This document shows, piece by piece, positions 30,849 through 41,651 of a stretch of DNA of 64,000 nt. The notes beneath the pieces are model-generated. The model searched no databases. It was given only the letters and a program-made list of their open reading frames with translations, and had not been told where the DNA came from. The position numbers and the translations under genes were made by a program. Numbering within the stretch: position 1 is the stretch's first letter; every line of letters starts with the position of its first letter. Source of the DNA: Methanotrichaceae archaeon (lineage in GTDB: Archaea; Halobacteriota; Methanosarcinia; Methanotrichales; Methanotrichaceae); NCBI GenBank assembly GCA_963748825.1, contig CAVVKN010000009.1:128001-192000 (forward strand), in the 5' to 3' direction.

Positions 30849-31056
30849 CATAAAATCAGATTCTCGGCCTGGTAATATTTACCCAAATCCTGCTCCTTGT
30901 CGGAAGCTCCTCGGGAAGATGCGGCTCCCGCAGATTTTTCCAGTAATATAAATCATCTTTCGAGGTGCACACGTACATCTTCGCCAGATTCTCAAAAGGC
31001 GCGAAATCTAATTCTGCCCCGTAAGGGATCATCCCGTCGGCTACAACTACATCGAG

Positions 31057-31860
31057 CTAAGGCCTCATGCGGGCCTTGATCTCCACCACATCGCTCTCAA
31101 TCCTCTGCAGCCGCTCATCCACGCGATCCTTCAAATCCGAGCGCAGGCCCTGCACCTCGGAGACGACGTCCGCGCGGGCTTCGTCAATGGCATCAATCAC
31201 AGAGTCTTGCTTTGCGGAGATCTCGCGGAGCTGTGCGTTGTTTTCCTTGAAGCCGCTTCTCGTCTCAGCTATCATCTCGTCCTGCTTTCCGGATAGCTCC
31301 TTGAAGCCGCCTCTCGTCTCAGCTATCATCTCGTCCTGCTTTCCGGATAGCTCTTTGAAGCCGCCTCTCGTCTCAGCTATCATCTCGTCCTGCTTTCCGG
31401 ATAGCTCCTTGAAGCCGCCTCTCATCTCCACAATCATTTCGTCCTGTTTTTGGGAGATCTCTTTCAGGCTACCGTCCATGCCCCCGAGCTTGGAGACAGT
31501 CTCCTTGAAACCGTCTTTCACTACCATAATCAGTTCTTTAAGATGACTGGCAGCAACATCAAGCCGGGCATCGGTCTCATTCTCTCCAGCCACCTTGAAA
31601 AAGTCGTCGTAAGCACCCAATGCATCGGAAAACTCGCTTTGAATATCATCAACTTTGATCAGAGTATTTTCAATTTTTATGGCCTTAAGAAACCTCTCCT
31701 GATCGTCAAGGGGGCCCTCGGCCAATATCTTCACTCTGCCGTCCGGCAGATTTCTTACATACCCTTTAAGGCCAAATGCTCTGGCTATGGTCACTACCTT
31801 GGATCTGTAGCCGGCCATCTGCACTTTTCCAGAGACAAAGGCAGTGAGTTTATGCATCAA
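31057..31860 (-). CDS. acyP: Acylphosphatase with long repetitive coiled-coil tail
   Basis: VSGKVQMAGYR...GYVRNLPDGRV. C-terminal GGFKELSGKQDEMIAETR repeats. Confidence 0.88.
   Translation of the reverse strand: MMHKLTAFVSGKVQMAGYRSKVVTIARAFGLKGYVRNLPDGRVKILAEGPLDDQERFLKAIKIENTLIKVDDIQSEFSDALGAYDDFFKVAGENETDARLDVAASHLKELIMVVKDGFKETVSKLGGMDGSLKEISQKQDEMIVEMRGGFKELSGKQDEMIAETRGGFKELSGKQDEMIAETRGGFKELSGKQDEMIAETRSGFKENNAQLREISAKQDSVIDAIDEARADVVSEVQGLRSDLKDRVDERLQRIESDVVEIKARMRP
31247..31446. repeat. 54-bp in-frame tandem repeat (3 full units plus 1 partial)
   Basis: Units start at 31247, 31301, 31355 and 31409. Confidence 0.95.
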
Positions 31861-31922
31861 TTTAATTATTCTCTCTTTTCATATTTGGACTTTAGCATGA
31901 GGTCGCTTTCAATCGCAGATCT

Positions 31923-33590
31923 TCACAACTCTTTCATCTCGTCTATGAAAGCAGGCTTTCTCTTATGCTCTATCCTCAGCCGCCCTACGATCTCTGAAAC
32001 GGCCCCTTCGTAGCCCTCAATGCATTTCATCCTCTTCAAATAAGAGACGACTTCTTGGTAGTGTTTCCTTCCCGTATCCTTATCGGCAAAGGGAATAATC
32101 AACTCCCGGTAGACGTTGAAGTACTGCTCAGGGTAGCGGAAGGCCAGATCATTTTGATACAGTCTTAAGGTGGAGAGGCTTCTCTTGGCCAGTACCTCTG
32201 TCAGCGCCTGATCGTACATCTTCTCTTTAAGATAGATATCAATTAGCTTGCTCCTGCCGGACCAGTCCGTAGATCTTTTCTCTGCAAAGTGTGCCAGTAT
32301 CTTGGCCAGCCGCTCTTGCCACTCCTCTGCCTTAGAGGCCTTCTTTAGTGGCCCGTAATACTGCCAATCACCGCTCTGGAGAAATAGTGACTGTAGTGTA
32401 TCCCGGTACTTTTTCGGATCAGAATCTTTGTAGATCCCGCTCAGGAAATCTCGTAACTCCTTTGTAAGATGATCTTCAAAGATGGCCACGCCCTCCTCCG
32501 CCACCTCCAGAGCCTTCGCTTTCGCCCCATCGGCTAAAAGCTGCCGGGCGTACCTGAGACAAAGAGCATCACTGGTACGGTAATACCTCTCGATGAGCCC
32601 ATAAAAATCATCCATCTCCCCGAGCTTGAGATGAAGGTCAAGCTTCATCGTGATCAGCTCTATCGCACCATGATGGTGCCACCAATCCTTATCACTGGGA
32701 ACTTCGCCAGGCATATGCGGCTCCAGCAATTCATTCCAGTATCGCCGGTCCGACTCTTCGCGGCAGAGCTTATCTAGAGCTTCGCGGTAGTCGCTCTGGA
32801 AATAGTCAGGATCCCCTCGCAGGTACTTGTCGAAGAGATACTTGATGTAAGGCCTCCTGCCATTTGCATCCAGTCCGGCCTTGAATATGCAGTCTGTGAA
32901 TGCCTCCAGGCTATCGGTGAACTCTCCTCCATAGTTGCCGTCTGAGTCGTCCACCTCATCCATTTTCTCAGCTATGACCTCGGAAAGGGCCTGGTAGATC
33001 TTGGCCGCCTCCAGGAAATCGCCTTTCTGAATATAAAGCTCAGCCAGATCGCTTAGCGAAGAGAAGTCTATGTCCTCTCCGTAAGGAACATAACCGTGAT
33101 CCTCGACATCATCGTAGAGCGATTCCGCCTCAGCCTTATAATCATTCAGGCTTCTTCCCTCGCCTTTTTTGCCGAAGACGGCTTTAAACCGATTCCTGAG
33201 GTCTGCTCGCTGTTCCATCTCGGAGAGCAAGAAGCTTCGCAAAGCATCCGCATCGGCCCGCTTCAGGAGTTGCTCGGTATCCTCCAATTCACAGCTGCTT
33301 TTATTCATTAGAGGCTCGATCTCCACGTCATCGCGGATGACTGCCAGAAAGGTAGCAACTATGTGCTTGCATAGCCCATCCCAGTCGTAAGGACAGTCGC
33401 ATTCGCCGGAAAACTCCTCATCCAGCTCAATTTCCACCTGATAGTCATTTGTCCCGCTCACAACCGCCTTTACTCTGGTGGTCGTGGCCTCCTTGATGCG
33501 CACTCTTCCCTCCTCGAAATATCGCTCCCCCCGGTCGAAAGAGGACTCGGTGCACATTTGCCTGAGATCATCCTCATCCAAGTCAATCAT
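31923..33590 (-). CDS. SWIM zinc-finger protein with helical-repeat C-terminus
   Basis: SFDRGERYF, CDCPY...CKHIVA, R..Y......L..M...KRKPAFIDE. Confidence 0.85.
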   Translation of the reverse strand: MIDLDEDDLRQMCTESSFDRGERYFEEGRVRIKEATTTRVKAVVSGTNDYQVEIELDEEFSGECDCPYDWDGLCKHIVATFLAVIRDDVEIEPLMNKSSCELEDTEQLLKRADADALRSFLLSEMEQRADLRNRFKAVFGKKGEGRSLNDYKAEAESLYDDVEDHGYVPYGEDIDFSSLSDLAELYIQKGDFLEAAKIYQALSEVIAEKMDEVDDSDGNYGGEFTDSLEAFTDCIFKAGLDANGRRPYIKYLFDKYLRGDPDYFQSDYREALDKLCREESDRRYWNELLEPHMPGEVPSDKDWWHHHGAIELITMKLDLHLKLGEMDDFYGLIERYYRTSDALCLRYARQLLADGAKAKALEVAEEGVAIFEDHLTKELRDFLSGIYKDSDPKKYRDTLQSLFLQSGDWQYYGPLKKASKAEEWQERLAKILAHFAEKRSTDWSGRSKLIDIYLKEKMYDQALTEVLAKRSLSTLRLYQNDLAFRYPEQYFNVYRELIIPFADKDTGRKHYQEVVSYLKRMKCIEGYEGAVSEIVGRLRIEHKRKPAFIDEMKEL

Positions 33591-34318
33591 TAGAGTTCCC
33601 TTCTGATGATGCGCTATTAGTCGTCTTCGTGCACAGATAGAGAGCGAAGAATCCCTGGCTATGCGTCGCTTTTTCTATCTTAAAGCCCGCTCTTTCGATC
33701 ATGCCCCGCATAATCCAATCCATAGTCGAATATTCATTTCGCACGTGCTCACAGATGCTGCGGGCAAACTGTGGGCCTGCTCTCTCTGTTGCCTTCGAGA
33801 TAAATTCATCCAGGAATTTCCCGTGGTTCACAGGATCAAAGGAGTATACCACATCCCGCAGGCAAAGCTTGCCACCCTCGGCCAGCATCTCTGCCATGCG
33901 CAGCAAAGCGATCTGTTTCCAAAAGTCGGGCAGATGGTGCAAGAGCAATCTGGCTGACGATGCCGTCAAATGGCGCACCATTGTGCCGGTAGGTGAGAAA
34001 GCCGCCCGGCAAGAATTCAATGTTGGCAACGCCGCGCGCCTGGGCCTTCTTTTCTGCATAGCGCAGCATGCCTGCCGAGAGGTCCACAGCGTAGACTTTG
34101 CGGCAGCGGCGGGCAGCGGCCAGGGCGAACTCGCCCGTGCCCGTCCCTATCTCCAGGATGCACTGATCGGGACGAAGGACGAGGAAGTCCAGGATCTCAA
34201 TGATTTCGCCGTGGACATCTCGAAACTTTTGCATATTACGATCATAGATCTCGGCCAGGGCGTCGAAGTCGGCGCCTGGGTGGTCGGGCTCGTGGTACTG
34301 CCAGACGGGGGCGGACAT
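33583..34318 (-). pseudogene. Class I SAM-dependent methyltransferase, frameshifted near 33942
   Basis: EIGTGTG and VDLS in one frame; LHHLPDFWK...GG.L.L.D in another. One extra base at the junction. Confidence 0.8.
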
Positions 34319-34477
34319 TTTTCTACATCTCCATTGCCTTTTTTGCCAGGACTTTTGCGGATGGCATCAGGTCAATCAATTCTAGAGTTTCCGCACTCCA
34401 CTAATTTAAATCATATTGGACAATCAGGAATGTTTCAGCTTGTTGCTCATGCCCTTAGATTTAGCTCCTGAGCCAAT

Positions 34478-35047
34478 TCACCCCTCGATCATCGCTCTTA
34501 TCCACTCAACAGTTTCCATCACCCTGGCAAAGCGCATCGCCTGCGTCACCATCACCGCTCGGTGCAGATCCTGGGCCGAGATGGCTCCTGCGCTGTTGTG
34601 CACAGCCAGAGTTCCTATCGCATCGGAGAGAAAGTCCACCTGAAATCCCAAATGAAAAGCCTGGCGCGCCGTCGTGTCGCAGCACATCTGCGCCATGTAG
34701 CCGCAGATGGCAACGCGTCCCACGCCCGCCTCCCTCAGCCACTTCTCCAGCCCGGTTCCCGTGAAGCTGCCGGGCAGGCTCTTTTCTATCAGAATATCGC
34801 GTTTCCTAAGCTCAATTTCCGGGTGCAGTTTCCATTCCTCGCTGCCTTTCCGAAAGGTCGGCGAGTCCTTCGCGGCTGCGCTATGCTGGATGACGGCCAC
34901 TGGCACGCCCGCGCTGGCGGCATAGTCCATCGCCCTCAAAATATTGTTCAGGCTGTCTTCCGGAAAGGTCACGGGCAGACGGCCTGTGAAATATTCGTTC
35001 TGCACATCGATGACCAGCAATGCCGCATCAACCTTAGTCGTTTTCAT
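34478..35047 (-). CDS. Isochorismatase-like cysteine hydrolase
   Basis: [34 protein letters not shown]. Confidence 0.9.
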   Translation of the reverse strand: MKTTKVDAALLVIDVQNEYFTGRLPVTFPEDSLNNILRAMDYAASAGVPVAVIQHSAAAKDSPTFRKGSEEWKLHPEIELRKRDILIEKSLPGSFTGTGLEKWLREAGVGRVAICGYMAQMCCDTTARQAFHLGFQVDFLSDAIGTLAVHNSAGAISAQDLHRAVMVTQAMRFARVMETVEWIRAMIEG

Positions 35048-35112
35048 GTCCTCATCCGTCCTTTAAAATGCAATCCAAATAGGAAATTATTTCCGTTATA
35101 AGATTTTAAATT

Positions 35113-35325
35113 ATGCAGATGGACCGGATCAGCGAACTTATGGCTAGGCTCTCTCCAAAACACCAGCAAGAGGTTTTGGATTTCGCTTTGTACCTCGCTG
35201 AAATTGAATGCAGACCTAGGCGAAAAATGCTCAGGCTGGACTGGGCGGGCGGATTGGCCGTGTTCAAAGAAAAATATACATCTGTGCAATTGCAGAAAGA
35301 ATCCCTGAATTGGTGGGGCGATTAA
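35113..35325 (+). CDS. DUF2281-type antitoxin-like small protein
   Basis: LSP..QQEVLDFA.YL...L.WAGGL...YTSVQLQ...WWGD. Confidence 0.75.
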   Translation: MQMDRISELMARLSPKHQQEVLDFALYLAEIECRPRRKMLRLDWAGGLAVFKEKYTSVQLQKESLNWWGD

Positions 35326-36128
35326 ACTCTTTCCACAATCATCGCCCTCTCCATCTCCCTGGCCACGCTCGCCCTCGCCATCCTGCTCTGCACCGTTGCC
35401 GCCAGCGCGTTGGCCGCCCTTGCTCGGGAGTACTCGTCCACCTGCCAGTCCAGCCCCTCGTAGCCCACATCCATGAGGATCAGCCCATCCGCCGGGGCGG
35501 TTGGCGCTCCGTGGTTCAGCTCCGGGCGCAGCAGATCTGAGAACCAGTCCATGTCCTTCTGACCCGCACCCACCTTCTCCAGAGCGCCCACGATCTTTCG
35601 CACCATATTCCAGAGAAAGCCGTTGGCCCGAATGTCGAAGATGAAAAGGCCGCGCTCCTCAGAGATCTCCAATTTTTGCACCGTCTTCACCGTATCCACC
35701 TTGGCCGAGGAGAAGTTCCGAAAGTCGTGCTCGCCCAAAAGCTGCTCTGCCGCAGCGTGCATCTTTTCCAGATCCAGTCCCGGATGCCAGAGAAGATAGC
35801 GATACTCCCGCCACTGGGCATTCCAGCGGGCGGAAAACCCTATGGGGGCTTTGGCCCAGGCCCAGGTCCAGATATCGCGGGGCAGCCGGCCATTTACACA
35901 CCGCGGACGGGTCAATTTGGCCTTGTCCTCGTCTATCCAAAAGTCGATGACCTGGCCAAGAGCCGAGACGCCCCGATCCGTTCTGCCTGCGTAGCAGAAG
36001 TCGCCGTGAATGACGCCGATTAGTGCCAGAGCTTTGCGAACCTCGGAATCGATTGTGACCAGGTCCGGTTGCTTCTGAAAGCCGTAGTAGTTGTCGCCCA
36101 GGTAGGCGAGCTTGAGTGCAATCTTCAT
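35322..36128 (-). CDS. truA: tRNA pseudouridine(38-40) synthase
   Basis: Y.G..YYGFQ.QP, AGRTDRGVSA, GEHDFRNF, FLWNMVR. Confidence 0.95.
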   Translation of the reverse strand: MKIALKLAYLGDNYYGFQKQPDLVTIDSEVRKALALIGVIHGDFCYAGRTDRGVSALGQVIDFWIDEDKAKLTRPRCVNGRLPRDIWTWAWAKAPIGFSARWNAQWREYRYLLWHPGLDLEKMHAAAEQLLGEHDFRNFSSAKVDTVKTVQKLEISEERGLFIFDIRANGFLWNMVRKIVGALEKVGAGQKDMDWFSDLLRPELNHGAPTAPADGLILMDVGYEGLDWQVDEYSRARAANALAATVQSRMARASVAREMERAMIVERV

Positions 36129-37418
36129 CTAGACTTCTCTGGGGTCAGTGATGTACCCGGTGATGGCGCTCGCTCCCGCGGTTGCGGGCGAGCAGAGGTA
36201 GACAAACGCCTGGGGGCTGCCCTGCCGGCCCACGAAGTTTCGATTGGACGTGGAGAGGCAGCGCTCACCTGCTCCCAGCAGGCCGAAGCTTCCTCCCATG
36301 CACGGCCCGCAGCAGGCCGACTCAAACATGGCCCCCGCCTCCATGAACTTCTCTATGAGGCCAGCATGCAAACATTTCATGTACTCCTCCCGGCTGGCTG
36401 GCACTACGATCATGCGCACGCCCTTAGCAACAGGCTCGCCCTTCATCATCTGCGAGGCAAGCATGAGATCCTCAAATCGGCCGTTGGTGCATGAGCCCAG
36501 AAACACCTGATCGAGCTTCGTCTCCGGTACCTCGCTTATCGGCAAGACATTGTCCACGTTGTGGGGCATCGCAATCTGCGGCTCCAGATCGCTGACATTC
36601 CAGCTCTTCCTGGTGAAGGTCGCGTCCTCGTCTCCCCGCACAATTCCCTCTCTAATAGCTGCCTTGTCCTTCACCCGTCCCTCCAGGTACTTTATGGTGG
36701 TCTCATCCGTCTCGAAGATGCCGGCCTTGGCCCCCATCTCAATGGCCATGTTGGATACCGTCATCCTCTCCGGGATGCTCATTCGGCTTGCGGCCTCGCC
36801 TTTAAACTCGCAGGCCAGATAGTTCGCTCCGTCCGCCCCGATATCGCCAATGATCTTCAGCACTGCGTCCTTGGAGGTGACTCTGGCGGGCAGCCTTCCT
36901 TCGATCATGAGCTGCAAGGTTTTGGGCACCATGAACCAGAGCTTGCCTGTGGCAAAGACTGATGCCATGTCCGTAGACCCGACGCCTGTGGCAAAAGCTC
37001 CGAAGGCACCGTAGGTGCAGGTATGCGAGTCGGTGCCCACTATGATGCTCCCAGGCAGCACATGCCCCTTCTCCGGCATGACTTGATGGCATACGCCGCA
37101 AAATATGTCGTAGTTTAAGATTCCCTGCTCCTGCGCGAATTTGCGCAGCATGATGTGATTCTCCGCCGCCTTCAGGCTGTCCGCGGGAACCTGATGATCA
37201 AAGAGCAGGACGATTCTTGCGGGATCCCAGACCAAGGCATCCCTGCCCGCGATCTCATAAAATCCCTTGACCGCCAGCGGGCCGGTGATGTCGTGGATCA
37301 TGGCGCCATCTATGTCCGCCATGACGAACTCGCCAGCATGTACCTCTTTTTGGGAGGCTTTAGAAAATATCTTTTCAGACAGGGTTTGGCCACTCATGGC
37401 AAGGGCCATCTCATCCAT
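36129..37418 (-). CDS. 3-isopropylmalate dehydratase / homoaconitase family large subunit
   Basis: [39 protein letters not shown]. leuC versus aksD cannot be resolved by eye. Confidence 0.9.
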   Translation of the reverse strand: MDEMALAMSGQTLSEKIFSKASQKEVHAGEFVMADIDGAMIHDITGPLAVKGFYEIAGRDALVWDPARIVLLFDHQVPADSLKAAENHIMLRKFAQEQGILNYDIFCGVCHQVMPEKGHVLPGSIIVGTDSHTCTYGAFGAFATGVGSTDMASVFATGKLWFMVPKTLQLMIEGRLPARVTSKDAVLKIIGDIGADGANYLACEFKGEAASRMSIPERMTVSNMAIEMGAKAGIFETDETTIKYLEGRVKDKAAIREGIVRGDEDATFTRKSWNVSDLEPQIAMPHNVDNVLPISEVPETKLDQVFLGSCTNGRFEDLMLASQMMKGEPVAKGVRMIVVPASREEYMKCLHAGLIEKFMEAGAMFESACCGPCMGGSFGLLGAGERCLSTSNRNFVGRQGSPQAFVYLCSPATAGASAITGYITDPREV

Positions 37419-37456
37419 GATAAATAAATCTTAACCTTGGAGACCCTTTCAAAGCC

Positions 37457-37464
37457 TTTAAATA
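37457..37464 (+). promoter_or_regulatory. TATA box upstream of trpB2
   Basis: AAAGCC-TTTAAATA in a short divergent intergenic region. Confidence 0.55.
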
Positions 37465-37517
37465 AATCCGATAATAACAACGATGTACACAAGATTACAT
37501 CGTAGTTTAAAGATGGA

Positions 37518-38879
37518 GTGTCCCAGATGAAGATCAAGTATTTGCTCGACGAGGAAGAGATCCCCAAGAAGTGGTACAACGTAGCTGCCGATATGCCCAC
37601 ACCCCTGGACCCGCCTCTGCATCCCGGGACGCTGAAGCCCCTCTCTGCCTCAGACATGGAGATGATCTTTCCCAAAGCGCTCATCCAACAGGAGATGAGC
37701 ACCGAACGCTGGATAGACATCCCCGAAGAGGTACGCGACATCTACCGGCTCTGGAGGCCTACGCCTCTTTACCGCGCGGCCGCCCTGGAGAAGGCTCTGC
37801 AGACCCCTGCCAAGATCTACTACAAATATGAAGGCGTAAGCCCAGCCGGCAGCCACAAGCCCAATACTGCCGTACCCCAGGCTTACTACAACATGAAAGA
37901 GGGCATTGAAAGACTGGCTACAGAGACTGGCGCCGGACAGTGGGGCTCGGCTCTCTCTTTGGCAACCTGCCTCTTCGGCCTGAAGTGCACCGTTTACATG
38001 GTCCGATCAAGCTTCGATAGCAAGCCCTACCGCAAGAGCGCCATGCGCGTCTGGGGCGCAGATTGCTTTGCCAGCCCGTCCGATAAAACCAATTTTGGCA
38101 GAAAGATCCTGGCCGAGATGCCTGACACGCCAGGCTCTTTGGGCATCGCCATCTCCGAAGCAGTAGAGGACGCGGCCAGCCACAGTGATACCAATTATGC
38201 CCTGGGCTCGGTGCTCAACCACGTCCTGATACATCAGTCCGTGGAGGGCCTGGAGCTGAAAAAGCAGTTCGATCTGGCCGATGACTATCCAAACGTTATG
38301 TTCGGCTGCTGCGGCGGAGGAAGCAACTTCCCGGGCATGATCTTCCCCTTCATTCCCGACAAGATGAAGGACAAGAAGGATCTGCGCATGGTGGCCTGCG
38401 AGCCGACTGCCTGCCCCACACTCACCAAGGGGCTTTTCGCCTACGACTTTGGCGACACAGCTGGCATGGCGCCAGTGATCAAGATGTATACCCTGGGACA
38501 TGACTTCATTCCGCCCGGCATCCATGCCGGTGGCCTGCGTTACCATGGAGATGCCCCACTGCTCTGCAATCTGGTGCATGACGGCCTGATAGAGGCGACA
38601 GCTCTGCAGCAGACCGAAGTCTTCGAAGCAGCCACCCTCTTCGCCCGCAGCGAAGGCATAATTCCGGCGCCGGAAGCGGCTCACGCCATCAAGCCCGCCA
38701 TTGACGAGGCGCGAAGGTGCAAGAAGACGGGCGAGGCCAAGACCATCTTCATCTCTCTGTCCGGTCATGGCCACTTCGATCTGGCGGCCTACGATGCCTA
38801 CAACGACGGCAAGTTGGTGGACTACGAGTATCCGGCAGATCTGGTCAAGCAGTCCCTCGCCAAGTTGCCCAAGGTTTGA
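37518..38879 (+). CDS. trpB2: TrpB2-type tryptophan synthase beta-like PLP enzyme
   Basis: [36 protein letters not shown]. Confidence 0.93.
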   Translation: MSQMKIKYLLDEEEIPKKWYNVAADMPTPLDPPLHPGTLKPLSASDMEMIFPKALIQQEMSTERWIDIPEEVRDIYRLWRPTPLYRAAALEKALQTPAKIYYKYEGVSPAGSHKPNTAVPQAYYNMKEGIERLATETGAGQWGSALSLATCLFGLKCTVYMVRSSFDSKPYRKSAMRVWGADCFASPSDKTNFGRKILAEMPDTPGSLGIAISEAVEDAASHSDTNYALGSVLNHVLIHQSVEGLELKKQFDLADDYPNVMFGCCGGGSNFPGMIFPFIPDKMKDKKDLRMVACEPTACPTLTKGLFAYDFGDTAGMAPVIKMYTLGHDFIPPGIHAGGLRYHGDAPLLCNLVHDGLIEATALQQTEVFEAATLFARSEGIIPAPEAAHAIKPAIDEARRCKKTGEAKTIFISLSGHGHFDLAAYDAYNDGKLVDYEYPADLVKQSLAKLPKV

Positions 38880-40030
38880 TGGCTGAAAGAGTCGGAAAGA
38901 TCGGCTTTCTCATCAACCCCATAGCTGGCATGGGCGGAGCAGTCGGCCTGAAAGGCACGGACGGCCTGGCAGCTGCTGCCCGGGCCAGGGGGGCAAAGCC
39001 TATGGCAGCAACGCGTGCACGAGCCTGCCTGCATTTGCTTTCCCCAGAGACAGAAAACCTCCTCTTTTTTGCTGCCAGCGGCAAGATGGGTGAAGATGAG
39101 CTGAAGGAATGCGGCCTGCAATACACTGTGGTCTATGTAGCTGCTGAAGAGTCCAGCTCCCTGGACACAGGGCTCGCCTGCCAGGCCTTCCTTGAAAACG
39201 GCGTCGATTTGATTCTATTTTGCGGAGGCGACGGAACGGCGCGAGATGTTGCCAGCAGAGCTGGCATGCGCCCCATCCTGGGCATTCCAGCAGGCGTGAA
39301 GATGCATTCCGGCGTCTTTGCCATCAGCCCCCAGACCGCAGCAGAGCTGGCTCTGGGCTTTGTGCGGGGCGAACTTAAGGCCAGAGAGACGGAGATCGTG
39401 GATGTGGACGAGGAGCTCTACCGGGCAGGAGAGCTGCAGACTAGGCTTTATGCTGTGGCCCGCACGCCTTACAAGCCGACTTTGGTGCAGGAGAGAAAGA
39501 GGCTCTACAGCTCCTCAAGCGAGGAAGAGTTCAAGGATCAGATCGCACTCTTTGCCTCCGAATTCATGAGGGACGGCTCGGCCTATATTTTAGGGGCGGG
39601 AACTACCACGGCCAGGATTGCCGAGCTTCTACGAGTGGAAAAGACCCTGCTTGGCGTGGATGTGATCCAAGAAGGAAAGCTACTGCTCAAAGATGCCTCG
39701 GAGAGCGATCTTTTGGCCTTGTTGGATCGGGAAAAGAGCGTCAAAGTCATTGTCAGCCCCATCGGAGCCCAGGGCTTCATACTGGGACGAGGCAGCCAGC
39801 AGATCAGCGCTGCCATCCTGCGGCGAGTGGGAGAGGAGAATTTGATAATAGTATCCACGCCCCATAAGCTGGCGGAGCTGCCGCAACTATTGGTGGACAC
39901 GGGCGACCTGCAGATGGATAGCATCCTGGCAGGGAAGAGAATGGTTGTCACGGGATATCGCGTAGCGCAGAGAAAAGAGACGGTAGCTGCATCAGCGCTA
40001 AATGACATCGATATCCAAATACAATCGTAA
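38879..40030 (+). CDS. ATP-NAD kinase family protein
   Basis: INPIAGMGG.VGLKGTDG, GGDGTARD, PAGVKMHSG, GRGSQQIS. ATG overlaps the trpB2 stop. Confidence 0.88.
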   Translation: MAERVGKIGFLINPIAGMGGAVGLKGTDGLAAAARARGAKPMAATRARACLHLLSPETENLLFFAASGKMGEDELKECGLQYTVVYVAAEESSSLDTGLACQAFLENGVDLILFCGGDGTARDVASRAGMRPILGIPAGVKMHSGVFAISPQTAAELALGFVRGELKARETEIVDVDEELYRAGELQTRLYAVARTPYKPTLVQERKRLYSSSSEEEFKDQIALFASEFMRDGSAYILGAGTTTARIAELLRVEKTLLGVDVIQEGKLLLKDASESDLLALLDREKSVKVIVSPIGAQGFILGRGSQQISAAILRRVGEENLIIVSTPHKLAELPQLLVDTGDLQMDSILAGKRMVVTGYRVAQRKETVAASALNDIDIQIQS

Positions 40031-40056
40031 AATCAGCTTAACATATATAGCCCTTC

Positions 40057-41604
40057 ATGCGTTCTTGCCACGCGGTGAGTCAATCATATGCCCGTCCGGA
40101 GTATACAGGAATTGGGAGAAAAGTCCATAGCCAAACCGAGACGGGAAATAAGGGCAAAGAAGATTTGAACACATCAACGGCAGCGTTAGAACCATTCGAT
40201 TCATCTGAATTGCCTGTTGCCGGCAGAAATGTCTTGGCCTTTATCATCCTGCTCGGCATATTCATGTTTGTCATCGACGGCTCAGTGGTCTCCATTGCCC
40301 TCCCCACCATCACCCGCTACTTTCAGGCCGATGTAGCCCAGACTCAGTGGGTGATAACATCCTACCTGGTCACTGTGACCAGCCTGCTCATGATCTTCGG
40401 CAAGATAGCAGAGCGAACCGGAAAGGTCAGGCTCTTTTTGGCAGGATTTGTCATCTTCACCATGGCATCGGTAGCCTGCGGTCTTTCCACTACCCTTAGC
40501 ATGCTCATCTTCTTTCGGGCGGTTCAGGCAGCAGGAGCTGCCATGTCCTTTTCCATCAGCACGGCCATAATCTTTCAGATTTACCATCGCGGGGAACAGG
40601 GCAGAGCCATGGGTTACATCGGCACTACCGTCTCTTTGGCCAGCATTGCCGGACCAATATTGGGTGGTTATTTGGTGGATTACATGGGCTGGAAATACAT
40701 TTTTCTCATCAATTTGCCCATAGGCATTGTGCTCTTGGCTATTGCCGCCAAGTACATGAAAATCGAGGAGATTAGATCGAAAAAACTGGACTTAGACTGG
40801 CGTGGAGCGACTGTGCTTATTATCTTCATAGTATCTCTGATGCTATTTCTTGGCGATCTTTCCAGCAACACAGCTCATTTTAATGCAGAGAACTCCTTCT
40901 TCCTGCTGGCTCTGTTGTCGCTGCCGGCATTTGTCTGGATCGAATCGCATCAAAAGTCCCCTCTTTTGGACCTTTCCATCTTCCGGGTAAAAAAGTTCGT
41001 CCTGCCCATAATCGCCATAATCTTATTCATCATTTCCAGCTTCTCCGTGTTCATCCTGGGTCCTTTTTACTTCCAGGGCGCCATGGGCTACTCGCCCTCT
41101 CAAGTGGGCAGCGTATTTCTCATTGTGCCGGCCATAATGGCCATTGGCTCACCACTGGGCGGCTGGATATATGACAGATATCACTTTCGCTACAATTCCG
41201 CCCTGGGCATGATAATCGTAGCTGCGTCTCTCCTTTTCATGGGAAGCGGAATTGGTAGAGATGATCTTTCCTCAATTTATGTCTCCTTTGTGATCATGGG
41301 GCTGGGAAGCATGCTATTTCAAAGCCCTATCAATACCGAGATCATGAATGCACTGCCAAGAGAGATGCTTGGCACTGCTTCCAGTCTCTCCTCGGCAGTA
41401 AGAAATATGGGCATGTCCCTGGGCGTCTCGATCTCTACCCTTCTCTTATCGCTGCAATTAGACCTTGCCGGCTATCATGGCCCGGTATTAGATGCGAAGC
41501 CGCAGCTTCTCAGTCTCACCATAAGCAATGTTATGATCATTGCGGCGGCATTATGCATACTGGGGGCAGCGGCTGCCTTTCTTCGCAATCGAGATGATAG
41601 TTAG
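40057..41604 (+). CDS. MFS drug-efflux transporter (DHA2/EmrB-QacA-like); true start may be TTG 40165
   Basis: DGSVVSIALP, W..TSY, GP.LGG, W.YIFLINLPIG, about 14 TM helices. Confidence 0.9.
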   Translation: MRSCHAVSQSYARPEYTGIGRKVHSQTETGNKGKEDLNTSTAALEPFDSSELPVAGRNVLAFIILLGIFMFVIDGSVVSIALPTITRYFQADVAQTQWVITSYLVTVTSLLMIFGKIAERTGKVRLFLAGFVIFTMASVACGLSTTLSMLIFFRAVQAAGAAMSFSISTAIIFQIYHRGEQGRAMGYIGTTVSLASIAGPILGGYLVDYMGWKYIFLINLPIGIVLLAIAAKYMKIEEIRSKKLDLDWRGATVLIIFIVSLMLFLGDLSSNTAHFNAENSFFLLALLSLPAFVWIESHQKSPLLDLSIFRVKKFVLPIIAIILFIISSFSVFILGPFYFQGAMGYSPSQVGSVFLIVPAIMAIGSPLGGWIYDRYHFRYNSALGMIIVAASLLFMGSGIGRDDLSSIYVSFVIMGLGSMLFQSPINTEIMNALPREMLGTASSLSSAVRNMGMSLGVSISTLLLSLQLDLAGYHGPVLDAKPQLLSLTISNVMIIAAALCILGAAAAFLRNRDDS

Positions 41605-41651
41605 ACAAAAATCAATACATTTATATTATCAGGATTACTGCATAGCTCTTC

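Noticed and set aside
28137-31050. Integron/attC cassette array
   Set aside because: No integrase, no convincing RYYYAAC...GTTRRRY pairs at gene ends, and the genes lie on both strands.
31247-31446. 54-bp repeats as a CRISPR array
   Set aside because: They are contiguous in-frame coding repeats with no unique spacers, and no cas genes are present.
38717-38878. N-terminal extension of the NAD kinase-like gene
   Set aside because: It lies inside trpB2. The coupled ATG at 38879 fits the family start.
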